This document shows, piece after piece, positions 37,395 through 54,150 of a DNA stretch of 64,000 bases. The notes below the pieces were generated by a model that saw only the letters and a list, made by a program, of their open reading frames with translations, did not search any database and was not told the DNA's origin. How positions within the stretch are numbered: position 1 is the stretch's first letter; every line of letters begins with the position of its first letter. The position numbers and the translations under genes are program-made. The stretch lies in NCBI RefSeq assembly GCF_009914755.1, contig NC_060939.1; one strand, 5' to 3'. This DNA is from the human T2T-CHM13v2.0 reference genome, Homo sapiens.

Positions 37395-40230
37395 ATTTTA
37401 TTTTGAGATGATTGTATATTGATCTGCAGTTGTAAGAAATAATAGAGTTCCAGTGTCCCCTTTACCTGTTTTCTCCCAATGGTAGCATTGTGCAAAACTA
37501 TGGTCCAATATCACAACCAGGACATTAATGTTGATGTAGTCAATATGTAGAACATTTCCATCCCACAAGGTTCCCCAGTGCTGCTCTTTATATCCACAGT
37601 CACTTACCCAACCTCATTCTTAACCTCTGGCAACCATTAATCTGTCTCCATTTCTACAATTTTGTATTGTAATAATGTTATATCAATGGAATCATATAAT
37701 ATGTAATTTGGGGATTTTTTTTTTACTTGGAATAATTCCCTGGATATTCATCCAAGTTGTTGTGGTTATCAAGAGTTCATTCCTTTTCCTTACTGAGTAG
37801 TATTTCATGGTATGGGCATTCCACAGTTTGTTTAGTCATTCACTCCTTGAGGGTTCTGGATCATTTCTGGTTCCAGGCTATTATGAAGAAAGCTGCTATG
37901 AACATCCTTATAAAGGTGTTTGGGTGAATGTGAAGACTCCATTTCTCTAGGATAAGTGCTCAGGAATCCAGTTGCTGGGTTGCATGGTAGTTTTATGTTT
38001 AGTTTTAGGAGAAACTGCTTTCCAGAGTGGCTGTGTCATTTTCGTTCCCACAAACAGCATGTGAGTGATCCGTTTCTCTGCGTCCTTGTCAACTATTGGT
38101 GTTGTCACTGTTTTTTATTTTTGCTGTTCTGATAGATGTGTAATGATAACTCATTGTGTTTTAATTTGCATTTCCTTGATGGCTAAGGTTGTTGAACATT
38201 TTTATGTGCTTATTTGTCATATATACCTTCTCTTCAGTGAAATGTCTCTTTGTGGTTTTTTTGCCAATTTTCTAATGGATTTAACTGTTGAGTTTTGAGA
38301 ATTCTTTATATATTCTAGATAGTAGTCCTTTGTCAGATACATGGTTTGCAAATATTTTCTCCCAATCAGTAGCTGGTCTTTTTACTCTCTTTCACAGAAC
38401 AAAAAGTTCAAGTTTATCAATTTTTACTTTTATGGATCATGCTTTTGGTATGAAGCCTAGTAACGACTTCTTTCCTAACCCTAAATCCCTAAGATTTTCT
38501 CGTATGTTTATTTTCAAAAAGTTTTGTAGTCTTATATTTTACATTCAAGTTTGTGATCCATTTTAAGTTAATTTTTACTGTATACAAGGTATGAGACTTA
38601 GGTCAAGTCTCTTTCTTTCTTTCTTTCTTTCTTGTTTTTTGTGCCTATGCCTGTCCCTTGTTCCAGCACCATTTGTTGCCAAGACCATCTTTCCTCTGTC
38701 AAGTTGCTTTTTCACCTCTGTCAAAAATCAGTTCCGGGTTCTCTATTCTGTTCCTTCAATCTATATTTCTATTCCTTCACCAGTACTGCCGTCTTCATTA
38801 CTGTAGTCATATGGTAAACCTTAAAATTGGCTAGATTGATTCTTCCCACTTTATCCTTCTTTTTCAAAATTATTTTAACTATTCTAATTCTTCTACCTCT
38901 CCATATAAATATTACAATAACTTTGTCCATATCTATTAAAAATCTTGCTGAATTTTGACAGGAATTGTCTGTCAATTTATACATCAATTTGGGAAGTATT
39001 GGCATCATTAGCGTATTGAGTTTTTCAATCTGTGGACACAGTATGTTTCTACATTTATTTAATTAGTAGATTTTTATATCTTTAATGTTTTATGGTGTTC
39101 AGCATACAAGTCCTATGCATATTTTGTTAGATTTATAACTATTTTTATTGAATGATTATAAATAGAATTACATTTTTAATGTTAGTGTCCACACGTTCAC
39201 TGATATTACAGAGAGATACAACTGATTTTTATGTTGACCTTGTGTCATGTGACCTTGCCGTAGTCACTTCTTAGTTCTAAAAGTTTTCAGAGTCCTTGAG
39301 GTTTTCTGCATTAGACATCTTGTCATCTGCAAATAAGTTTTACTCCTTTTCTTCTAATATACATGCCATTCATTTCCTTCTCTTACCTGATTGCACTGGC
39401 AAGAATATCCAGCACTATGCTGAATAAGAGTGATGAGAGCAGACATCCTTGCTTGTTCCCAATCTTAGGGGAAAACCATTCTTTCACCATTAAATATGAT
39501 GTTAGCTGTAGGTTTTTTGTGAATGCTCTTTGTTAAGTTGAAAGTATTCTATTCTTATTTCATGAAGGGGATGTTGAATTTTATGAATTTTTTTCCTTCA
39601 TCAACTGATGTGATCATGTGATTTTTCTTTTTAGTCTGTTAATATGGTGGATTACATTGACTGATTTTTGAAGATCAAACCAGACTTACATTTCTGAAAT
39701 GAACCCCACTTAATAATGGTATATAATTACTTTTCAATATTGATGAATCCCATCAGTAATATTTTGTTAAAGATTTTTGCATCTATATTCATGAGGGATA
39801 TTGGTCTATAGTTTTATTTGTTTACACTGGGTTTGTCTGGTTTTGGTATGAGAGTAATTGTGGCTTCATAGAAGTGTCGGAAAGTGTTTTCATTTCTTCT
39901 GTTTTCTGGAAGAGACAGTAGAATAGGTGTTAATTCATATTTAAATGTTTGGTAGAATTCTCCAGTGAAACCATCTAGGCCTGGACATTTCTTTGGAGGA
40001 GGCTTTTAAATTCTGAATTTAATTTTCCATAGTTGTAGGACTATCCAAATGACCGGTTTCATATTAGATTAATTAAGGTAGTTTGGGCTTCTCAAGGAAT
40101 TGGTCCATTTCATCTAAGTTGCTAAATTTATATATGTAGAATTGTTCATAATATTACCTTATTATCCTTTTGATGCCTCCAGGGCCAATATTCCTTTTTC
40201 ATTCCAGATATTGATCATTTGTGTCATCTT
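37395..40230 (-). mobile_element. L1MC1/2-like element (3'UTR plus ORF2 part)
   Basis: ttttattttgagatgattgta...gcagttgtaagaaataatagag 3' end, then ~2.8 kb of continuous antisense L1 ORF2 sequence. Confidence 0.85.
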
Positions 40231-40237
40231 TTTAAGC

Positions 40238-40905
40238 TTTTTATTTTAAATATTTTTTTAAATTATAATAACTTTAAATAATAATTTTTTAAGTTAGGAA
40301 AAAATTGTAAAAAGTTTAGAGTTCCCATTTACCTTTCACCGAGTTTTTCCAAATGTTAACACTTTACGAAACCACAGTACTATTATCAAAACCAGAGAAT
40401 TAACATTGACACAACCGTGTTAACTATTCTACCAACATCATTACAAAAATTTCACTACTTTTCTCACTAATGTCCTCTTTCTGTTCTAGAATCCAATCTA
40501 GGTCCTACCCTGCATTTGGTTATTATGTCTCATTAGTCGCTTTTAATCTGCGACAGTTCCTAAGTCTTTCCTTGTCATTACCCTTATACTTTTGAAGAGA
40601 ACTGGTCAGTTATTTGGTAGAATGACCTTCCATTTGGGTTTGTCTAATATTTTCTCACAACTAGATCAGGGTGAGGCTGTGCACTACAGGGAAGGAGACG
40701 GCTGATGTGCTCTGCTTGTTTCTGTGCTGGTGCACATGCTATTGATATGTCTTATACTGGCATGTTGACCTTGGTCCCTTGACTAAGGTGCTATCTGTCA
40801 GGTTTCTCTAGTGCAAAGTTACCATTTTTCCATTTGTCATTAGTAAATATCTTGCAGGAGATACTTTGAGACTATGATGCAGGTATCTTTTTCTCATCAC
40901 ACCTT
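40238..40905 (-). mobile_element. L1MC/MD-type 3'UTR fragment
   Basis: cttttgaagagaactggtcagttatttggtagaatg; ggagatactttgagactatg. Confidence 0.65.
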
Positions 40906-41139
40906 TGAGTTAGAAAGGTTTGGGGGCTCAGAGGAAAATCCTCAAGACATATTCTTACACCACTGAATGATATCAGGTGGCCTGTGATAGTGGCATCTAT
41001 ACAAGGGACAAGGAAAGCAGAAAAAGGCCATTCTCTATGAATATCATGATTTTATGATTGCCTGAATTGGGGAGAAGAGGTGAGGAGTGAGAGATACAGA
41101 GAAAGAGATAGAGGAAAAGAGAAAGACTGATTCACAGAG

Positions 41140-41700
41140 AAAGAGATCTGAAGTTCAGAACTCATTGAGATGGAGAGGGCGAAGTCAAGGGAGAATTCAA
41201 TTTTTCAGTCTTGACTGACTTGAAGAACAGGTAAGTTTTGCAAGGAAGGCAGGTTTGGTTCTAAGAAATCTGAGGTACCTGTGAGACGTGTAAGTGCACA
41301 TCCCATCAGAGAGCAGGGCAAAGGGTGGAAAAGAGAACAAGACTAGAGAGGGCCACTTGGGAGTCACCCGAACACAGGTGTTATGAATATTTAGTGAGTA
41401 TAAATCAGTTATCCAACAGAAAGAGCCAAGCCAAGCACAAAGTTGGGAGAATACCCATAGTTTGTTGGAAAAGGAATCAGTGAGACAAACTGAAGTCGTG
41501 GGGAGATGAAGGATGATGGTGCCATGTATAAGGAAGAGTTCACAATGGCAGCATGACCACTGTGTTAACTAAGAGCTAGAAGGTCAGTGATTCCGTCATT
41601 AGCAGGGGGTGACTTCTGTGGCTGTGGTTTCAGTCAGGTGGTAGGGATGGAATCCAGATGTAGGCAGGGGATAGGAGAGTGCAGAGAACGCAGTAAGTGA
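41140..41700 (-). mobile_element. L2 fragment
   Basis: ctgaggtacctgtgagacgtgtaagtg; gctgtggtttcagtcaggtggtagggatggaatccaga. Confidence 0.5.
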
Positions 41701-41781
41701 TGAAGAAAGAAGTGGACAGCAATTATTGTGAGCGGTTCAACGGGGAATTTTCTTTGTTAACAATGCAGAGGGAAACATAAC

Positions 41782-42690
<909 letters not shown>

Positions 42691-43086
42691 ATCCCTCTAC
42701 GAATGTTATCTCAGTAAGTCCTTATCACCATCCTGTTAAATAGGTGCCATTACTCTTATTTTTAAGAAGGGCAATGTGATCCTCAAAAAGAGTAAGTACA
42801 CTGCCAAAGCAACACACCAGGAGAAGGGAGGCGGGAACTGATTCTGTGGGACAGGAGGGCAGATGCCTTCACAACAAGAGGCCCCCGGGTGTGTTTGAAA
42901 CAAGCTGGGAGTAAAAAGGATTAGAGAGGAGGAGCTTGCAGGTATGAGAGCAGCAAAGGGATAACTGTGAAAGGCGGGTCTCCTGAGAAATGAGAACAAG
43001 TGTGCTCCTGAGACTGCTTAAGAAGAAAGAGAGAAGATGAAGCTATTAGCAGAGGCTGGGGCCCAGGCCTCGGTAGCCTTTAGATG

Positions 43087-43247
43087 AGTGGTTCTCCACC
43101 CCAGAGGGCTGGTGCAAACACAGCTTGCTGGGCAGTGCCCCCACTTCCAACTCAGCAGGTCTAGGTGGAGCCTGAGAACTTGCATTTTTAACAAATCTCC
43201 AACAATGCTGATGCTGGGGGCCAGGGGCCTCACTTTGAGAACCACTG
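43087..43247. mobile_element. MER5A hAT-Charlie MITE
   Basis: TIRs agtggttctc...gagaaccact; cagcaggtctaggtggagcctgagaacttgcattttt core. Confidence 0.85.
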
Positions 43248-43829
43248 TTCAGGCTTGTCAGTGCCACATGGGTTGGGTCAACTGGAAGGAGAAGAGCTGG
43301 GGTGGAGGGATGACTCTCTGGGACCCCTCTTGCTGGTCTCTGCAGAAGTATCAACAGGTCATGATACCAGGGAAGGAACATAAATAAAAGGGACCAAGTT
43401 GGATAAATGCCAGGGTATTAGAGTAAAATGTGTTTCAGCTGCTTAGCTTTGATGTGAAAATTTGAACAAATAACCAGAGAATAAGGGACTGTTTCCATTC
43501 CTAGTTTGAAAAAAATTATATTTAATAAAAGATGGAATTGTCACTAGCATAATTTTAACGATTTTGAAATAGAAAATATCCTTGGAGGGGAGGGAAGGGT
43601 TAGGAAAGAATGTGTGTAGTTTGAGGAAGGAACAATGCTTGGCTGCTGTCCTGGTGGGAGTCAGTGAAGCTGCCTGATGAGCAGTAGCAGGACCATGGGC
43701 TCGATTATCAGGGAATGACTTTTTAGATGGCGGAGATGCCTCTGGGGCTTCAGGGGCTGTGGAGATAAGGTGACCAGTGTCTTCAAGCTGGGATAAAGCA
43801 TTGTTCACATCTCAGCACATTTCGAGAAG

Positions 43830-44045
43830 TGGCGCAATGCTAACACAGCGCATTGGCTTTGCTGTTCAGGTTGCAGGTGACTGGTTGTGTGACCCTGGGC
43901 AGGTTGTCTCACTCCTCTGGGCTCAGGACAGGTGGTCTTTAAGCAGGTGTGCATGCTAGCTAGCCCCTGCAGCGCAGGGTTGTTGTGAAAATGTAATGAT
44001 AGAGAATATGGCGCATGCCTGGTACGAGGAGACACTCAGAAATGT
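43830..44045 (+). mobile_element. MIR
   Basis: gttgtgtgaccctgggcaggttgtctcactcctctgggctcag; gggttgttgtgaaaatg. Confidence 0.7.
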
Positions 44046-46169
44046 CCTCTTCTGCTTCAGGGTCAGGTAGAAGAATCTTTTCAATTTCACCTCCTGAACC
44101 CCAAGTAGCTCTAAGTCTCATTCTTCTGAAACCCTTGTCTTCTGTGGCCCCTGAGCCTAAAACCACAGACGCTGGGTCTTTGTGGCCCCCTGGAGGCCAG
44201 GCTTCAGGAGGACCCTGGTCACAACCCGAATGGGATAGCAGCCTAGCAAGATTCAGCAGACAGCATGCGAGTAAACAGATTAACAGGGTGATTGCTAACG
44301 CCACAGAAAGTAATGTGGGTGAGTGAGTGACAGCAAAGGTTGAGAAACATCATTCATAAAGGGCAGCCAAGGAGGGCCTTTCTAAGGAGGTAGCAGCATT
44401 AAACCTGAGGGTGAGGAGGGGCCGCCTGGGGAAGGAGGCAGGTAGAGGGGAGGAGTCCACTCGGGAAATCCCAGGTCACCTGGACATGTCACTGGGCCCT
44501 GGGATTGGTGTGCAGGTCAAATGCAATGTTGGTTGTGCTTAGGCAATTGAAAGCAAGTAGAAGCTAAAAAAGGGATGATTTATCTTGGTTCTGAGAAGTT
44601 GGGTTAACAGTGAGGTCAGGAAGCAGAGGTGAGCAGCCAGCACCCTCTTTCTCTTGGGAAACTTGAACACATTTTAGAGTTATAGTTCCCCCAGGGAAGA
44701 AGTTAGCAGAGGCCACCCCACACCCAGGACAGGTGACAGAGCAGCAGTCTCCTCTCCCTGACCTTGATGCCTGGGCACAAAGGCAGCTTTTGCTGAGCAA
44801 CAAGATGCTTGGACTCCCCACTCCTCCTCTATTTTCCTCTCCTGGCTGCATTTGCTCTGAAAGGCTGCAGACACCTGGCCCCAGGCCCTCCAAGTGGGCA
44901 CCCACCCCCATCTGGGTGACAGAGGCTGCTACTCATGGGAACTCCGCTAACTCCCTCTGAGTCCCTCTGAGTCATCTGGGTGGTGGACCAGCAGCCGTTG
45001 GGTCTGACCTCTCACCAGGACGCGTGCCTCTGAGCACTGGGACACAGGCCCTTTGAGGTCTCTCTGGAGCTGAAGGGCCGGCTCGCACACTGGGATGGAG
45101 TGGAATATGTGTGATATGTTGGTGAGGGATGCAGGCAGGTGTGGGAGGAAGTGGAGCAGGCACAGTCCATGGAGGACACGGGGCCCGGGTGCAGAGGCAC
45201 ACAGGCATCATCTAGATGGTGAGAAGGCGATGGGCCCAGATTCTGCCCTAGTGCAGGGAAGGCACCAAGATTTCAGATCAGAGGGAACTGCAGGAGAGCT
45301 GCAGAGACCCTCTCCCTTCAGCAGATTTAGGTGCTGCCTGTGACTTGCCAGACTGGCAGTCCCCAGCATGCTGCCAGCAGGCACGCTCAAAATGCGCTTC
45401 TGGCCTGAGCCCTTGCTGGCCTCAACACGCCAGCGGCTGCCCCTCTGTGGAGAGGAGTTCTCTGTAATGGTGCTGCAGGGACAGCCCATTCTGCCTGTCC
45501 ACCCCCAGCCCCTTGTGCCCCCCTCAACCCTGTGCCCTGTCACTCACACCCGCAGCTACACCAAATCCTTCCCCAACCCCCTGCACAGGGGACTCCTTCG
45601 TGTGCAGGCCACCCACCCCCAACCCGTGTCTGCACTGGAGGTTCTCTGCGGAGAATTCTCCTCCGTGGGGCAGTAGAAGGACAGGCCTGTGTGTGCCTGA
45701 GCCCCTCTTCCTCAGGTGTGTGTGAGAGAATTTACCTGAGAGAAGTTAGCAATGCCTGCCTAGTGAAGGCCTGGCACAGAATAGGCCCTCAGCAAACACC
45801 AGAGACCTCTGCCCTCCTTACCCTTCTGGGAACTCTTATTTAGAGTTTAAGGCCCAAGCCAAGTATCTCCTTCTCTCTGAAGAGTTCCCTTTCCCCGGAG
45901 GCAGATGACAAGGCAAGCCGTGACTTCCCTTGGACGGGGGCTGCTCTGCATCTCAGGCGTTCACCAGGGAGCGGGCTGAGCTGCGGGTGTCGGTCTCCAG
46001 GTCTGTCTCCTGTTTCAGATTACAGGGCTCTTGACGGCAAAACCACTCAACTTTATTTCTGCCTCGTGGCCTACACCTCCTAGCATAGTAAGTGCTCATT
46101 AAAATGTTGCTGGTTTGTGCAGGATCTGGATTTTATGCAAATGAATAATAAACTAAAGTTTTGCTAGCT

Positions 46170-47190
<1,021 letters not shown>

Positions 47191-49014
47191 GATAATAATA
47201 AAGTAAACTGGTGTTACAAAAAGTTTTTTGGTTGAATGATGAGCAAAGGTTTCCCGGGGGAAGGGGGGTTGAGGGGATCTGGGCTTGTGAAGGGTGGAGG
47301 GGTGTTATGACAGGGAGAGGGAGAACTGAATGAAAAAAGACAGCAAAACCTAGGTAGGAGTGGGGGACAAGGAGAGCGGTAAGAGCCCAGGATCCAGGTA
47401 GCCTGAGGGAGGAGGCCCCCAGCCGAGGGATGCCAGAGAGCATGCCAGTGCCTGTTGACCCTTCACACACCTGCGCTGCGTGGGCCCCCTCCACTGGCTC
47501 TGTGAGGGCAGTGTCCTGGCTTCTGAGCGCCACTCCGGGGTCACTAAGGTCACATGGCACCCTGCTGGGTAGCTGCTGCTCATTTTGTACCTGCTGTTTC
47601 CCAGCAGTCAGTCCTGGAAGCATCTCTGGTCCCGTAGTCCTGCCTTCATCTTGAGCCCTTCTCAGTGCCTTGTATTTTTACTTTACAATAGTGTCAGCTT
47701 AGAGCAGTGAATCCTTCGGGTCCCTGGAGCATCTTCAGAGGTCCCTTTTCATCTTCACCAGGACCTTTGGAACAGCCCAAGTCCCGTGGTGATGCAGGGA
47801 CAAAGCAGGTGTGGTGGCTTTTTAGACCATAGGCAAGTAGGGGACATGACTAGTACTGATCCCAGACCTGGGGAAGCCCGGCTGATGGGTTTCCCGTGTG
47901 TGCTGGCCTTCAGTGACACCAAGGGGCTGGATGGAGAGGAGGATTCAGCTAGAACAGCCTCTTTGGGCTTTCACTTGCACCTGACAGACCTGGGTCTCTG
48001 CTCTCACCTGGAGCGCCCCAGACACGCGGTGTGTCCACAGCGTTAGCACACTCCCTGGGCCCGCTGTCAGCCCTGGGGGCTTTGAGAAGGGTGTGTCTGC
48101 CTGGCATCACCACATCCAATCCAGCCACATTCTGCATTTCAGAGCCAGAATACAGGTCTAAAATGCCTGTTTTGTTTTAGAAACTACTGTTCTCCCCAGG
48201 ATTAAAATGTGCAGGAAGCATTCATCCCACCCTTAGTTTAGCTGATAGCCTTACCCCCCTCCCTTTTGTTTTGTTGTGGATCTGAACTTATTTTACCCAA
48301 TGGCTATTTTCTTGCATTTCCCTCTAGAGGTATTGGCATTTCGAGAAGCACTTCAGCCTTCCAGATCTTTACATAATTCATTACGGACATATTTTGGACT
48401 TACAGTATCTTAGAGTACAAAAAAAAGAGACTCTCCTCTTTATTTCCAGAAGTTGTTACAGACTTCTCCTGAATTTAAATTTCCTGAAAATTTTTCCTGG
48501 ACATGCTGTAAGTTTTTATTCCATTAGGGAACCATAAACAAAACCACTTACCAGCAGGCCTGAGGCAGAGATGAACACCTGGCCTGAGCATCTCTCCTGC
48601 ACCTTCCTGAGAGACAGACCGAGTGATCACTGTGTGAATTAAAGCCCATTTCCTAGAAACTCACTCTTCTCTTGAAGCTTTTAGGAAGACTAAGAGATAA
48701 AGCCATCCACCAAGAGATAAAGCCAGGAAAAGTGTCTGTCCCAGTGCAAGTGTGTGAGGGTTGTTAGTGGTGGGGGATGGGCATCCTTCATTCTTTCAGC
48801 CAGGGGACTGCACGTCCGTGGAGTGAACACCCCAGAGGTGGGCAGGGGACCAAGTCCAGCATGGGAGACAGGACCCCTGGGTCAAAGGCTGTTCTTAGGT
48901 AAGCTTCGTGACAAACATGGCATTTGAGCTGGGTCTTGAGTGGAGCCAGGAGAAAACAGGAATTTTGAAAATTCCTGAGGGAAAAAAATGTGAACAAAGA
49001 AAGGGACCCAGGAA

Positions 49015-50575
49015 GTAGTTTATTGTTAACTATAATTTTCCTACTATGGTATCAAATACAAGAATGAATTTCTTCTATCCAACTGCATGTTGGTGCCCAT
49101 TAGTCAACTTCTCTTCCTCCCCACTTCCCTTCCCAGCCCCTGGTAAACACTGTTCTACTCTCTACCTCTTTGAGACCCACTTTTTTTTGCTCCCACATTT
49201 GAGTAAGAACATGTGATATTTGTCTCTCTGTGCCTTGCTTATTTCACTTAACATGATGATATCCAGTTCCATCCATGATGCTGCAAATGACGGGATTCCA
49301 TTATTTTTATGGTTGAGTAATATTCCGTTCTGTATATATTCCACACTTTCTTTATCCATTCATCCATTGATGGACACTTAGGTTGATTCCACATTTCAGC
49401 TATTGCAGACAGTGCTACAATAAACATGGGAGTGCAGATATTTCTTCAATATACTGATTTCCTTTCCTTTTAATATATACTCAGCCGTGGGATTCCTGGA
49501 TATGTGGTCCTTCTATTTTTAGTTTCTTGAGGAACCTCCATACTGTTTTCCATAATGATGGTACTAATTTACATTCCCTTTCTCCACATCCTTACCAGCA
49601 TCTGTTATTTTTTGTCTTTTTTATAAAAGCCAATTCTAACTAGAGTGAGATGATATCTCATTGTGGTTTTAATTTGCATTTCCCTGGTGATTAGTGATAT
49701 TGAGCATTTTTTCATATGCCTGTTTTCTGTTTGTATGTCTTCTTTTGAGAAACATCTATTCAGGTCATTTGCTGATTTTCTAATCAGATTATTTGTTTTT
49801 TTGCTATTGAGTTGTTTGAGCTCCTTATATAATCTGGTTATTAATCCCTTGTCAGATGGAAGTTTGCAGATATTTTCCCCCTTTCTCTGGGTTGTCTCTT
49901 CACTTAGTTGTTTTGCTTCCTGTGCAGAAGCTTTTTAGCTTGATATAAACCCATTTTTCTATTGTTGCCTTTTTGAAATCTTATGCAAAAATCTTTGCCC
50001 AAACCAATGTCCTGAAGTGTTTCCCCAATGTTTTCTTCTGGTAGTTCCATAATTTTAGGTCTTATATTTAAGCCTTTAATCCATTTTAGAGTTGATTTCT
50101 GTATATGATGAGATGAGGATCTAGTTTCATTCTTCTGCATATGGATATTTGGTTTTCTCAGCACCATTTATTAAAGAGACTGTGTTTTCCCTGGTGTGTG
50201 TTCTTGCCACCTTTGTTGAAACTGAGTTGGCTGTTAAGTGTGTGGATTTATTTGTGGGTTCTCTGTTCTGTTCCATTGGTTGATGTGTCTGTTTCTATGC
50301 CAGTACCATGCTCTTTTGGTTACTATAGATTGGTAGTATCATTTGAAAACACAACCATGATGCCTTTAGCTTTGTTCTTTTTGCTCAGGATCACTTCAGC
50401 TGTTCAAGGTCTTTTGTGGTTTCATATGAATTTCAGGCTTTTTTCTATTTCTGTGAAGAATGTCATTGGTATTTTGACGGGAATTGCATTGAATCTGTAA
50501 ATCACTTTGGTTAATATAGACATTTTAACAATATTAATTCTTCTAATCCATGAGCATGGGATATCTTTCCATTTT
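49015..50575 (-). mobile_element. L1MA-type element (3'UTR plus ORF2 end)
   Basis: ttattgttaactata...; ORFs MDKESVEYIQNG and [17 protein letters not shown] are L1-derived. Confidence 0.88.
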
Positions 50576-50579
50576 TTCA

Positions 50580-51242
50580 GGTTCTTCTTGTTGAGTTACA
50601 GGGGTTCTGTATATGTTATGGATATTAATCCCTTATCAGATATATGATTTGCAAATATTTTCTGTCATTCTGTTGGTTGCCTTTTCACTTTGTTGATAAT
50701 GTCCTTTGGTACACAAAAGTTTTTAATTTTGATGAAGTCCATTTTATCTATTTTTCCTTTTGTTGCCTGTTCTTTTCGTGGTGTCATACCCAAGAAATAA
50801 TTGTCAAATCCAGTTTCATAAAGCTTTTCCTCAGTATTTTCCTGTGTGAGTTTTATAGGTTTAGCTCTTACATTTAGGTCTTTGATCCATTTTTAGTTAA
50901 TTTTTGCATACAATGTTAGGTAAGAGTCTAACTTCATTATTTTGCATGTGGATATGCGGTTTTCCCAGCACCATTTATTGGAAAGATTGTCCTTTCCACA
51001 TGGAATGGTCTTGTGGAAAACCTTTGGCCATTTATGCAAGGCCATGTGTGGCACCCTTGTGGAAAACGATTTAACCATATATTTGAGGATTTATTTCTGG
51101 TCTACCTTGTGTGGACTATAAATCTGTCTTTTTGCCCACACCACATGCTTTGATTACCATAGATTCATAGTATGTTTTAAAATCAAGATGTGTGAGACTT
51201 CCAACTTTATTCTTCTTTTTCAAGATTGTCTTGGCTATTGAT
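50580..51242 (-). mobile_element. Second L1M (MB-like) ORF2 fragment
   Basis: gatattaatcccttatcagatatatgatttgcaaatattt; re-covers the consensus region of the adjacent L1MA. Confidence 0.75.
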
Positions 51243-52192
51243 TCTGTTCTTTTGCATTAGAAGTCAGAAAATTTATTGCCTACAAAATCATTTTGAAAGT
51301 ACTACTCAAGCCTTCTAGTAAAATTAAAAATTAATAAAGGACCAATGAGAGATATGCAAATTATTCATGATCAATTAGCAAACACCAAAACACAGTTGTG
51401 TTACAAGTAATAATATAGAACTGAAGCTTAAAGCAGTTGTTAAGAATTATGATTCCTAAGAAAGTAGAACCCAAAAATCAAAAGCAATTTCAAATCAACA
51501 TTTTAAATGATTTCAACAAAATATAGCAGGTATCAGAGGAAGAGATGGGAATTAGATTGAACTAGGGACCTTATCCTATGTGGAAATTAGAGGTTGTGTA
51601 TGTTATTTGACTGAGTAAAAATTAAATTTTATGTATAAGTTATTAGATAAAATAAATGGCCTAAAAAGGTAAAAATATACAGACATCTGCTGACCTAGGG
51701 GATGCCCAGTCGAGATGGGGTGTACCTGGTTCCACTGTGTGGAATATGAACAGCCCCCTCACTTTGAGGTTCCCTGCAGATCACACCCCCAGAACCTCTC
51801 TACCAGAATCTCAGAAGTCAGAGTTCAGTGTTCGAGCCCCGCTGAGAAGCACAGTCCCCTCCCCTGGCACATCAGCTTCTAGGGGCTCTGAGCTCACCGC
51901 CACGTCTGTTAAGTCCACCAGATGAGACTTTTCCCATTGATCCTCATCTGTCTCCTGATGGGACATTCATTTAAAAATTAAAGGGTGGGATCGTGTGTTG
52001 GGAGTGGGATTCGGGGGTGTGGGATTCACCAGCCAATTTCAAATGCATGTTAAATATTTAAAATCATTTAAAAATTTGAAACATTAATATTTAATTTTTA
52101 AAATATAAAAAATTAATCCTAAAATTGAAATTGTTAATTCTCACTTCCCATGAAGTGTGAACATTCTCTTTTATTCTCACTGTCTTTTCCAG

Positions 52193-52315
52193 TGTTCTCA
52201 GGCGCTGTGGTCTCACCTTCCACTGGGGCAACAATGGGCCATTTCCAGCAGGGACGGCGCAGTGTTGGCCTGCATGCCTGACTGCCACACACCTCCAGAA
52301 TCAGGTGTCTGAAAA
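52193..52315 (+). other. Candidate 123-nt exon in unique sequence
   Basis: Branch-like ctcac, acceptor tgtcttttccAG (52191-52192), donor AAA|GTAAGT (52316-52321); GC-rich island in AT-rich flanks. Confidence 0.4.
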
Positions 52316-52794
52316 GTAAGTCCTGTGTTCGTGGGGCCTTAATGGCAGGCCAAAGGGGCAAGTGCAGTCACCGCCTCTGACAATAGAGCTGGTAGTGGTT
52401 CTGTGGACTCCCTGGAAATCAGATCTAAAGCCCAGATAAAGTGTAAGGTTCATTGAGAAAGAGTCATGAAATGTATTTCATACTGCATTAGAATTTGAGA
52501 TTGGAATAATAGGCATTATTCTTTAAAAGGAAAAAAAAAACAACTGTAGTGATTGACAAGTGACTTGATTTATACCAGTGCAAAATTTGTCATCTGTTGC
52601 AACCATTATTGATTTTTTAAATATTATAAGCAAAAGAAAAATAGTGCCATTATCTTAACACACTAATTATTTTTACTTTTACTGTTTCCTGTTACTTCTT
52701 ATCCAATAATACAATTTTAATCTGACTGAGAGCATAGCCATTCTTTTGCTTTATGACTCTTGGAACAAAATTTTTATATACCTTCTTGCCTACT

Positions 52795-53880
<1,086 letters not shown>

Positions 53881-53969
53881 AACCCATTAGTTTATTGGGA
53901 CCTCAGACTTTCTTTGTCACATAGTCCTTCATGTTTCACATTTTCTGTGGTTGTGGGGTCATCACACAA

Positions 53970-54150
53970 GGGAAGCATATACTGAGGTGGTCAAGAGGAG
54001 GACTCTGAAGTTAGACCATTCAGATAGGCATCTAGGTATGCATCTTGTCTCTGTCATACAACAGCCTGGTGACTGCAAGCAAACATTTCTCCTCACAAAC
54101 CTTCAGTGTCCTTATAATTACAATTAGGAGACTGGGAGTGACCATCGCAG
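53970..54150 (+). mobile_element. MIR fragment
   Basis: aggtggtcaagaggaggactctgaagttagac; ccttcagtgtccttataattacaattaggag. Confidence 0.55.

Noticed and set aside
44560-46020. GC-rich block as a possible CpG-island promoter
   Set aside because: CpG is clearly depleted relative to GpC, and no promoter architecture is visible.
49015-51242. Apparent tandem duplication of L1 sequence
   Set aside because: The two parts are too diverged from each other and are better explained as adjacent independent L1 insertions.
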